A DNA stretch of 64,000 nucleotides, taken from positions 10,248,645 to 10,312,644 of the forward strand of contig NC_068989.1 of assembly GCF_001194135.2 (NCBI RefSeq), written 5' to 3'. A program made the position numbers and the translations under genes. Position 1 is the stretch's first letter. Each line of letters opens with the position of its first letter. Shown here piece after piece: positions 12,501-22,935 of the stretch. This DNA is from Octopus bimaculoides (Eukaryota). Below the pieces are notes generated by a model. It had not been told where the DNA came from. It did no database searches and worked only from the letters and a program-made list of their open reading frames with translations.

Positions 12501-12753
12501 AACTGAAACAGGCTCTCTCAAAGAATGCTATTGGAAACCTATGCAAGTGAACATTGAAAAACGAAATAGGAATTCTGAATGAAGTATCGATAACACTAGT
12601 TATTAAACATGAAACGGAAATGGGGTGGGGTTCATCAGGATAAAATAGTAATGAAAGGGCTTTACAGATTTAAAATAGTTGAGAACCATTACTCCATGTA
12701 AAACAGTGAAATGCAATCTCTCAAACTTTTTTCCAATATCTACCCAGCCTTCT

Positions 12754-12791
<38 letters not shown>

Positions 12792-12965
12792 CTCAAAGTT
12801 TTAATCATTTAGAGCACCAAATGAATTGAGGTGGGGTGCCAAATTACGTTAACTCCATGCAGTGTCTTCATTCAACACATTCAACATGACAAATAACTTC
12901 CTGCGAGATAACAAGACTCTAATAGTCAGACAGCATTCTATCTGAAGCAAAGTGATGTGTTTGAA

Positions 12966-13037
12966 AGAAAAAAAAAAAAAAACACAGAATTGAAGANNNN
13001 NNNNNNAAAAAAAAAAAAAAAAAACACAGAATTGAAG
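12966..13037. other. 10-N gap flanked by identical contig ends (probable false duplication)
   Basis: A-run+CACAGAATTGAAGA appears on both sides of N at 12997-13006. Confidence 0.8.
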
Positions 13038-13202
13038 AGACAGCAATGATTGAATGAAAACAATGACAGCGACCATCTGATGACAGAAGAACTGCAAGTG
13101 ACGGTTCTTAACATCACATTGACAGCTGATAACAATGTAGCTCAGTGGTAAGATTTCAGGCTCCAGTAAGATAGAAGCTTTAAATATTTTATTAGTCATT
13201 GA

Positions 13203-13248
<46 letters not shown>

Positions 13249-13318
13249 AACCCTCTGTTAAGCTTGAGAGCTGATAACACAGTACAATGTATTTACTACA
13301 ATATTAATCTATCCTCAG

Positions 13319-13396
13319 GAGGCGCAATGGCCCAGTGGTTAGGGCAGCGGACTCGCGGTCATAGGATCGCAGTTTCGATTCTCAGACCGGGCATTG
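13319..13396 (+). mobile_element. SINE family B head only (tRNA-like, not a tRNA)
   Basis: Near-identical to the first ~78 nt of 11061-11459 and 42000-42373; anticodon and acceptor stems do not pair properly. Confidence 0.85.
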
Positions 13397-13409
13397 TCCT
13401 CTCAATGAT

Positions 13410-13721
13410 TAACCGGAGATGATTTTTTAAAATGAGAATATCTGAAATAAACTTGACTGCTCTCACAAATGAGAATACTAAAAATGAACCTGACCACTCA
13501 AAAATTAAGTAAAAAAAAAAACAGAAAAATAATCCAGAATCCTTGTTTGGTACCGGATCGATCCCAAAATCTAATCAATTCATGCCAGTCACGAGGCCAA
13601 ACATCCCTGAAAGTTTCATCCGAATCCATCCAGCAGTTCTTGAGATATCTTGTCCACAGACAAACAAACAAACAAACATGACTGAAAACAATATCTCTGC
13701 CTTTGCTAAGGCAGAGGTAAT
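13410..13721 (+). mobile_element. Helentron-associated non-autonomous element (HINE/DINE-1-like)
   Basis: AAAGTTTCATCCGAATCCATCC..TTCTTGAGATATC, then ACAGACAAAC(AAAC)n, then a 9-bp 3' stem-loop CTCTGCCTT-TGCT-AAGGCAGAG (13695-13716) ending GGTAAT. Confidence 0.6.
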
Positions 13722-14049
13722 AAGTAAGTTTGACACAAAATGTATATAATAATTAGAATAAAATACCTATAATCTAAATATCAAATAGTATCAAACTGCC
13801 CTCAGTGTGTGTTTGTCTTGTAAATATATCCAAGTCAGTAAGTCTGTGAGCAAAGTGATTATTAAAATCTGAAAGACCAACACAAAAATATAAAAGGTCT
13901 ATAATAACTGTAGTTAACCTATCAAAAATGGCTTCACCAGACAGTTCTCAAGGAGACATCAGTGCATAGCTTCACTGTGTACATCTATGCAGCAAGAATG
14001 ATTTCAATTGTATCTGACATGTAAATAGCTTCCAGTGTGTGTACGAAGT

Positions 14050-14093
<44 letters not shown>

Positions 14094-14104
14094 AGTATAT
14101 ACAT

Positions 14105-14143
<39 letters not shown>

Positions 14144-14515
14144 AGGAAATTTGCTACAATCTTATGTTTGAAATGCTTAACTCTTTTGATAAGCAACTCA
14201 CCAGAGACCATTTCTGGTTCTGCAAGGCAAAACTGCCAATGTTTAAAGTCTTCTTATCTGAATTAAAAGTTTCTTCCATATAATCTCATATCAGTACTTT
14301 GTTTCAAACATGGCATAATTATTTCAAAAATGTTATCCTATTCAATCACTGGAAATTCTAGTTATTTTCAAAATGAATTGAAACGCACAAACAATGTACT
14401 GCTGTTAGTTATCATCAAAGAGTTAAAGCTAAAATAAAGAATTATTCTAAAATGCTCAATGTGAAGTTACACTCAAAGTCTCATCTATAAATTCAACCAA
14501 AGAACAGTGAAAATA

Positions 14516-14547
<32 letters not shown>

Positions 14548-15150
14548 TAATCTTTCTTTTCTTTTTTACTTGCTGGATCTTGAAGATAGCTTATCACTGA
14601 CTTCATACTCTTATGGGATACAGTTTGAGATATCTGCATGCGCAGCAACTCTATTTCAAACATGAGGGCACTACTGCAATTGTGGGCCTCACATAGACTC
14701 TGTAGAGTATCCAATAATTGTTGAGGGCTGAAGAGAATGACCAGTCACTGGAATATGATGCTAGTGATGTTAAGGAATATGCTTTCATCAGGAGAGATCC
14801 TCTGTGATAGTGGGTGAGACCCAACAAGAAGTGATTGTCAGGGATTCTAGTCGCATGCTCTAAGCCTAAAACTTCCACTGTAATACTTGATTGGAAGAGA
14901 GATGGATACAGAGAACAAGTATCACTGCAAATGGAAGATTATCCACAAATTCACAGAAACAGAAGAAGGATAGGACACAGCATTATATGTGAACTATTAG
15001 TGACTGAACAAAAACACTGTGTTCATAAGTAATTTGACATCAAACATCATAAAATACACTAATGCTTTATAGTAACTTTAACTCTTCCCTGTCCATATTT
15101 CTGATGAAATACACTGCTTGCCTATGTGTCTCAATATTAGTTTTGTTTAA

Positions 15151-15911
15151 CCCCTTGCCTGCCATGAGCCCCATTTGGGGATCTGCTAAAAACAGTCTCA
15201 CTGTCAGTTGTTCATTGTATTTGAAGTGAATTGCTTATCTACATTGCATCTGCAGAGGTGTGTTTAACAATATTTAGTTGTTAAAGTTTGTCATTATTAG
15301 CTCTGGCTAATTCTAGAGGACATTTTGTTTCATAAATCGCAATTTATGAACAACAAAAGTATTGACTGCTTTGAAAACTTTTTTTTTCTTTTTCTTTTTT
15401 GCATTTCCTATCTATATCATTCATTGAGATTTCATACACATTCGCATTTGATACTATAGTTTGAAAAAAAAACTAAACTGCTTATTATTGCAATTGACTA
15501 GAAAAGGGTAGATATGCTTTTTTTTTCAGCGATCCCCATTTGGGACTTTTCGAAAAATTTATTATAATTTCCAAAATAATTCACATATGAAGAAAATTTA
15601 AATACTATATATTCTTTTCTACTCGAGGCACAAGGCCAGAAATTTTGGGGAAGGGGGCCAGTCGATTAGATCGGCCCCAGTATGTAACTGATACTTAATT
15701 TATCAACCCCGAAAGGATGAAAGGCAAAGTCAACCTCAGCAGAATTTGAACTCAGAACGCAAAGACAGACAAAATACCGCTAAGCATTTCACCTGGCATG
15801 CTACTGTTTCTGCCAACCCGCTGCCTTTTAAACTCTATATATTATTTTAACTCCTAACACACCTGGCCAGAGCCAAAAAAATATGAATAAAAAAATTTGG
15901 GGGTTAATGGG
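15151..15911. mobile_element. Possible TTAA-flanked (piggyBac-like) non-autonomous element containing a nested SINE C
   Basis: TTAA|CCCC at left and GGG|TTAA at right; CCCCATTTGGG twice internally; the TIR match is short. Confidence 0.35.
15611..15826 (-). mobile_element. SINE family C, full length, tail type i
   Basis: Head GCGGGTTGGCAGAAAC..GAGTTCAAATTC, Deu/Nin-like TTGCCTTTCATCCTTTCGGGGTTGATAAATTAAGTA, tail ..CCTTGTGCCTCGAGTAGAAAAGAAT; imperfect TSD TTTAAA(TA/CT)CTATAT. Confidence 0.9.
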
Positions 15912-16214
15912 TTAACTTTAGCATTTAGTTGTTTTGTTTTTGTTTTCTGTTGTTGTTTTTTCATATACCTACTAGAATTGGGATAGATAGGATAGAGTTT
16001 CCATCCAAGCATGGTATTGTGAGAGCAATGCTCTGGTATATAAAGTGAATTTGTACTTTAGATATTGTTACTAAGGTTACGTTTCATTCAGAAAGAAACT
16101 ACACAAAATTGAAATGGAGATAAAAATTTCCTAATCATTTCATAATTTTATGACAGAAATTATTTTAAAAGAAAAATAAAATAAACTGTTTAAATTTATT
16201 TTATAAATATTTTT

Positions 16215-16740
16215 CCTTACATGTTTGTGCTGTGTGTGCATGTATGTATGTGCATGTGTGTGCAGTAAGTGTGTATGTATGACTACGTGAGTGCACTATA
16301 TATATCTTAATGTGCATACAGTGTGTGAAAACCAGCATATAGGTGCATGTATGTGCATATACATGTCTATGCATGTCTATGTATATACATATGATTGTGT
16401 GTGTGTATGCACACAAGTATATGTGTGTGACTATGTGAGTTCATTATATACTTGTGTGTGCATACAAAGTGTCAGAACGTGCATGTATGTGCATATGCAT
16501 GTCTGAGTATACACAAGGTTGTGTGTGTGTGTGTGTGTGTGCACATGCAGTGAGTGTGCGTGTGCACATGCAGTGATTGTTTGTTTGTGTGTGTGTGTGT
16601 GCGTGTGTGTGTGTGTGTTTATGACTAGGTGAGTGCACTATATATCTGTGTGTGCATGCAGTGTCAGAACCGGCATATAAGTGCATGTGTGTACATATGC
16701 ATCTATACATCTCTATGCATGTCTATGAGTATACATAAGG

Positions 16741-16775
<35 letters not shown>

Positions 16776-16780
16776 AGTGC
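16215..16780. repeat. Compound TG/TA-rich tract with three degenerate 150-190 bp units
   Basis: GACTA(C/T/G)GTGAGT(G/T)CA(C/T)TATATA recurs at 16281, 16429 and 16623, each followed by similar GTGTCAGAAC..GCATGTCT segments. Confidence 0.7.
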
Positions 16781-17801
16781 GGCGTGTTGTAAAAACATGA
16801 ATATTCGTTAAAAAGAAAAGAAAAGCAATACCGCCAAACCTAGACGTAAAATGAGCATAGATATGTATATCCGAATATTTATAATTATCACTCAGAAGGG
16901 GACATCTCTATGTTGAATGTATTAATTTCATTTTGGTAGTTATACTATTGTACAGAGAAAAACATCTGAGTGATTGCCAGCTTCCCCATCTAAAATTTCA
17001 AAAGTGCTTTTTAACACATAAAAACACTGTTCTCTTCCTTTTTAACTCAATTCTCAACAATCTATTGGTATTAATAATGCAGTAGAAATTACAGCAGAAA
17101 GCTTTCACACAGGCTCACCCAAGTTTTCGTTACAATGTTGGAATTGTAAGAGAAGAAACTGTAAAATTGTAAATAAGAGCAGAGCTGGTGAGGGAAAGAA
17201 GTGGTGGGAGGTAAGAGAAGACATAGTGAAAGAAGGGGGAAGGAGGAGGAGGTCTGAGATATGAAAGAGATAGGTGAAAAATGATAAGAGTGATGGGTAA
17301 AAGAGACTGAAAAAGAGTTGGGGCAGGGTTGAATGTCGGAGAGCGATTAAAAGCAGGGAAGAGAGTGAAAGTGCGGCAGGGCTGGGGAGAAAAGAGTAGG
17401 AGTAGGAGTAAAAGAAGAGACCATGAGAGAGGGGGTTAAGAAGCAAACAAGCCAAGCAGTGAAGAGAGTGATGGCTCTATCTTAAATTTTAAAAGCAAAC
17501 AAATGTTTTGAGAAATGAGTTTCAGAGAAATAATCTCATTAAATTTCGAGAAAAGAACTTTTCATAATTCATAGAATATATTGCTTGACAACATAATTTT
17601 GAAATTGCCCCTAACCCTGTGGTTTGTTTGTTAGTTTGGTAAGCTTCAATTCCGTGTTTGGCAAAAATGAATTTACATTTTCTATAAAGTGTTTTTGAAA
17701 CAAAGTTTATGCATTTAATGAGTCTCTGTACAGTCGCTCAACCTGCTAGAAATAGCAACTGAATCTCCTTCAAATTACATCTTACTTTTTTTGTTTTTAT
17801 T

Positions 17802-18226
17802 TTTACTCTTTTACTTGTTTCAGTCATTTGACTGCGGCCATGCTGGAGCACCACCTTTAGTCGAGCAAATCGACCCCAGGACTTATTCTTTGTAAGCCTA
17901 GTACTTATTCTATCGGTCTCTTTTGCCGAACCGCTAAGTTACGGGGACGTAAACACACCAGCATCGGTTGTCAAGCAATGCTGGGGGGACAAACACAGAC
18001 ACACAAACATAAACACAGACACACAAACATACTCACACACACACATATATATACACATATACGACGGGCTTCTTTCAGTTTCCTTCTACCAAATCCACTC
18101 ACAAGGCTTTGGGTCGGCCTGAGGTTATAGTAGAAGACACTTGCCCAAGGTACCACGCATTGCGACTGAACCAAGAACCATGTGGTTGGTAAGCAAGCTA
18201 CTTACCACACAGCCACTCTTACGCCT
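17802..18226 (-). mobile_element. SINE family A, full length
   Basis: Complete reverse complement of 36291-36746 including the (TACTCTT) tail. Confidence 0.92.
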
Positions 18227-19371
18227 ATTTAACTATTTTTTAACTGGGGTAAAACACAGAAATGGTGGGCTGACATTTTGACAATTTTATAACAAGTGTA
18301 TTTCATATTCAAATATTATATTTGATGGCAATTTTTCTCTTTAAAAAATGTCTCCAAAAATTCACTCCAGATTGTATATATGCAATGTTGGGCATTCCAT
18401 TAGCTTTAATGCAATAATAACTTTGTTTTCTAAACATGTACTGCTTAATTTAGGGAGCATCTAATATAGCCATGCATCTTTTATGCCTTCAAATTCTTCA
18501 AAATGATGTCCCAGCATGATCACAATCTAATGACTGAAACAAGTAAAAGTTATTTTAGTTTTTTTTTTTTGGGGGGGGGGGTCTACAACATTAAGTCAGA
18601 CTAGGAAAAGTAGCAGAAAAAAGTTATTCTCAAACTAAAAACTTGGCCATAGATCTTACTCCATTAGTGGCACCCATGAAGCAGATAGGGAGTGGAGGGG
18701 TTAAATCAGACAAAGAATCCTTTTTTTTTCATATACAAAAAGGTCTTTTTCTCTCTCTATCCCTCTCTCCTGGGAATTCAATTATCAAGGCCAATTTAAG
18801 CAACAAAACTTCAAATTTTCGACACTCCAAAGATGCAATAATCACCTACAAGAACTAATACAATGTAGACACTACATAATTGCATAGAGTTCCAGAAATA
18901 ACAGCCAAATTTCCCTCCAAACCACATCTTACTGTCTTCAAAGAAAAACAAAAAGACACTGAATTAAGAACTCTAGATAGATTATATGAAACGGAAATTA
19001 CATAGGATGGTCATGTTTGGAACATACTGATCAAAATTTACTTGTGCCTAAATAACATCTACAACTAAGATACTATTTTAGCCAAGCCAACCTTTTCAGT
19101 AGCTAAATTCTGCTATATCTTGTGGTATTTATATCAGTTAACCAAACAGCATCTCTTCTTTTGATTTAAAGATTTGACTAGAGGCAGTTTTCACAATATC
19201 AATTGCTTTAAATTGACGCTATCAAGTCTAGATTTGCCAGGAAGACATATAAGAAGAGCAAACACAATAAATGTTATTTTTAAATCATGTCTTCAATGGG
19301 TTAAGATATAGTGGCCATCGCTGGTATTTATTGATGCTGTTAATTCCGTACTTAACAACTATGGCTTTAGA

Positions 19372-19740
19372 CGCAAACATGGCTGTCAGGTAAAGAAATT
19401 CACTTAGTAACTAGATGGTTCTAGGTTCAGTCCCTTTCGGTGGTACTTTGGGAAAGTGTCTTCTACTGCAGCTCCAGATCACCCAGTGTCTTATGAGTGA
19501 AACTGGTAGACAGAAACTATGTGGAAACCCAGTATGTGTGTTTGTGTGTGTCCCACCTACTAATTGACAAGTGTTGTTGATTTGTTTACTTCATCCTCAT
19601 AATTTAGCAATTTAGCAAAAGAATCTAATAGAATAAGCACTGATTTTAAAAATAAGTATTGGGTCAGTTTGTTTGACTAGAACTATTCAAGATGGCACCC
19701 CAGCATGGCCACAGTCAAATGACTAAAATAAGTAAAAATT
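19372..19740 (+). mobile_element. SINE family A, old degenerate copy
   Basis: GGTTCAGTCCC..GTACTTTGGGAAAGTGTCTTCTACT..CCCCAGCATGGCCACAGTCAAATGACTAAAATAAGTAAAA. Confidence 0.75.
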
Positions 19741-19771
19741 TAAAGGCTGCAAAAAAAGTAAGCAGAAAATT

Positions 19772-19992
19772 AAGGCGGTGAACTAGCAGAAATGTTAGCA
19801 CGCCAGGTGAAATACTTAGCGGTATTTCGTCTGCCACTACGTTCTGAGTTCAAATTCCACCGAGGTCGACTTTGCCTTTCACCCTTTCAGGGTCGATAAA
19901 TAAAGTAACAGTTACGCACTGGGGTCAATGTAATCGACTTAATCCCTTGTTTGTCCCCTCCATGTTTAGCCCCTTGTGGGCAGTAAAGAATA
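19772..19992 (+). mobile_element. SINE family C, full length, tail type ii
   Basis: AAGGCGGTGAACTAGCAGAA..GAGTTCAAATTCC..TTTGCCTTTCACCCTTTCAGGGTCGATAAAT..GCCCCTTGTGGGCAGTAAAGAAT; TSD AGAAAATT at 19764-19771 and 19993-20000. Confidence 0.92.
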
Positions 19993-20087
19993 AGAAAATT
20001 AATACTTCAATCTATTGTAAGAGAGTCACGTTTAAGTGATGTATTATTTACACCTATACTAAAGTCATTTTTTGGGAGGGTTGCCTT

Positions 20088-20672
20088 TAACTCTTTAGCA
20101 TTTAAACAGGCCAAATCCAGCCAAAATATTCTACCTGTTTTATGTTCAAACCAACCAGATCGGTTCTCTCACACCAAGCTTGCAATGTCATTCTAAGCAT
20201 ATACAAGCACGTTATCAAAATCTCAAAGGCATGGCATAATGACCAATTAATTCAAAACAATGCTAATAGATAAGAATTATAATACAATTTAATGTGAATT
20301 AATGTGAAGGTGCATGGCTCAGTGGTTAAAGCATCGAGCTTACAATCGTGAGGTAGTGAGTTCAATTCCCGGACCAGGATGTGTGTTGTGTTCTTGAGCA
20401 AGACACTTTATTTCACATTGCTCCAGTTCACTCAGCTGTAGAATGCATTGCAACGTCCCTGGTGCCAAGTTGTATCGGCATTTGCCTTTCCCTTGGATAA
20501 CATCGGTGGTGTGGAAAGGAGTGGCTGGTACGCATGGGCGACTGCTTGTCTTCCATAAAACAACTTGCCTGGACTTGTGCCTTGGAGGGGAACTTTCTAG
20601 GTTCAATCCCATTATTTAGGTGCATAACTGAAGGGGGTCTTTACTTTACTTATTGTGAATGCTAACCTTCTT
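20088..20672 (+). mobile_element. TTAA MITE family 2 (TTAACCCTTTAGCAT...ATGCTAAAGGGTTAA type) interrupted by SINE E
   Basis: 5' TTAACTCTTTAGCATTTAAAC..AATATTCTACCTGTTTTATGTTCAAAC; related copies at 29555-29747, 43325-43440(-) and 45088-45160(-). Confidence 0.65.
20306..20652 (+). mobile_element. SINE family E, full length
   Basis: A box TGGCTCAGTGGTTAA, B box GAGTTCAATTCCC, core GTGTTGTGTTCTTGAGCAAGACACTTTATTTCAC (V-domain-like, from recollection), (TTTAC)n tail. Confidence 0.88.
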
Positions 20673-21084
20673 GTTGCATACAAAATTCCAAATACTATTG
20701 GCTGATTTGGAAATTACTACAAATGAGCTATAATACTTGGCATTTTTATCTATTTATATACTTTGTCACACAATATTCTCATTATGTACTATTTCCTCAT
20801 TTGACATATCCGATTAGCAAGAGAAAGAGTAGTGACTACCATTATAGTCACACTGCTTACACTCACATTTTTTTCATGTTTCCCTGCTTATAGTCATGCT
20901 CCACTTAGAGCAAGCGTTCTTGAAATCTCTCTTTCTCTCTTACCCCTGCCCCCTCTCAAGAAGGTAAGGTCTTTATATCTATTTTCCTTGATAGCATTAA
21001 GGGAGCAATAGGGTTTGAAAATGTATACATTACATAAACAACATTATATAATGTATACATTCTATAAACCCTATCCCTCTGGGG

Positions 21085-21546
21085 CAAGTGAGATCGAAAC
21101 TGAACCAAATTTGATGACTGGCACCCGTGCCAGTGGAGCACTAACAGCACCATCTGAGCAGGATCACACCCAGAGCAGTGGTCTCACTCCCATGCTGGTG
21201 GCACATAAAAAGCACCATTGAGCACAATCGTTTCCAGCTTCGCCTTACTGGCACTTGTGCCGGTGGCATGTGAACAAAACATTGGACTGACTCCTGTGCA
21301 GGTGGCACATAAAAAACACCATTTGAGCATGGCCGTTGCCAGTACCGCCGGACTGGCCCTCGTGCTGGTGGCACGTAAAAAGCACCCACTACACTCTCAG
21401 AGTGGTTGGCGTTAGGAAGGACATCCAGCTGTAGAAACTCTGCCAAATCAGATTGGAGTCTGGTGTAGCCATCTGCTTCGCCAGTTCCCAATCAAATCAT
21501 CCAACCCATGCTAGCATGGAAAGCAGACGTTAAATGATAATGATGA
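21085..21546 (+). mobile_element. Retroposon family D (5'-truncated)
   Basis: Four GGTGGCAC..AAAAGCACC subrepeats, then GGCGTTAGGAAGGACATCCAGCTGTAGAAA and the standard 3' end. Confidence 0.88.
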
Positions 21547-22294
21547 ATGCTATACATTATATAAACAACATTATATAATGTATACATTCTATAAACATAT
21601 GTATACATTATATAAACACTCTTTTTACTTACTACACACCGCTCAACAATGAAGAATGGCAGGCTGAAACAAATATAACAATATACCTTGCCAAGGTACA
21701 TAAAATGGCTACAATTGTCTTGAATCTATCATGTCATTCAATGATGGTCAATTCTTTAACAAAACACATCTATTTGCACCAATTAGTTTAAATTACTAAC
21801 TGAGGTAGGTAAGAATTACACACTCACCCTTTAGTTAAACCTTTGGAGACAAAAACTATTGATGCTTCTCAACTAAAGAAGGCAGAACCATTTTTATGAC
21901 ATATAAAAAGAATAAGGGTGTTATTATTACAAAAAAAAATTCTGCTAAAAATTTATAAATACCAACAGCTGTGCTTTCTTTCAAATAGACATGACAGGCT
22001 GACATTTTGGCACAAGTGTATTTCATATTCAAGTACTATATTTGATGGCATATAAAATGCAATCTTTTCCTTAAAAAGTGTCTCAAAAAATCACCCCAGA
22101 TTATATATGCAAAGTTGGGCTTCCCATAAGCTTTAATACACTAAGAACTTTGTTTTCTAAATATGTACTGTTTAAATTAGGGAGCATCTAATATGCCCAT
22201 ACATCTTTTATGCTATCAAATACAGTATATCATCATTATGTTTATTGCCTACCATACCAGTCATTTTAAGGACCATTTCTTAAGTATCTTCTAT

Positions 22295-22935
22295 CTTTAA
22301 CTTGTATCAGTCATTGCACCGTGGTCATGCTGGGGCACTGCCTTGAACTGGTTTTTTTTTTTTTTTTAAAGTCTGGTACTTATTCTTACAGCCTCCTCTG
22401 CTGAACTACTAGGCTACGAGGATGTAAACAAACCAACACTGGTTATCAAGCAGTGGGGGAACAAACACACACAGATATATACAAATACACACACACACAC
22501 ATATATATGTGTGGATGATGATGATGATATATATTTATTTATATGACCGGAAACTTTGGTGATTTGCATGCCATTGTCATGTAACTGGCACCCATGCCGG
22601 CGGCACATAAAAGTACCTGTGCCAGTGGCACATAAAAAGCACCTATTACACTCTAGGAGTGGTTGGCATTAGGAAGGGCATCCAGCCATAGAAACCATGG
22701 CAAATCAAACTGGAACTTGGTGCAGCTCTCTGGTTTACCAGTTCCAATCAAACAATCTAACCCATGCCAGCATGGAAAGCGGACACTAAATGATGGAGTT
22801 TCCACACGGTTTCCATCAACCAAACTCACTCAAAAGACATTGGGCAACTTGGGGTTATAGTAGAAGACACTTGCCCAATATACCACACAGTGGAACTGAA
22901 CCCAAAACTGCATGATTACAAAGTGAGCTTCTTAA
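22295..22935 (-). mobile_element. SINE family A interrupted by a + strand family D insertion (about 22545-22797)
   Basis: A 3' half at 22295-22500 and A head at 22798-22935, separated by a D body ending ACACTAAATGATG. Confidence 0.8.

Noticed and set aside
12966-13037. Short tandem duplication
   Set aside because: The copies sit on either side of a 10-N gap; likely an unmerged contig overlap.
13319-13396. tRNA-Arg-like gene
   Set aside because: It is the head of SINE B; anticodon and acceptor stems do not form. No true tRNA was seen in the window.
14560-15032. Coding-like purine-rich segment (LEYDASD; EVIVRDS)
   Set aside because: Only 5-7 residue resemblances to RNase H or CR1 ORF1 motifs in different frames; too weak to assign.
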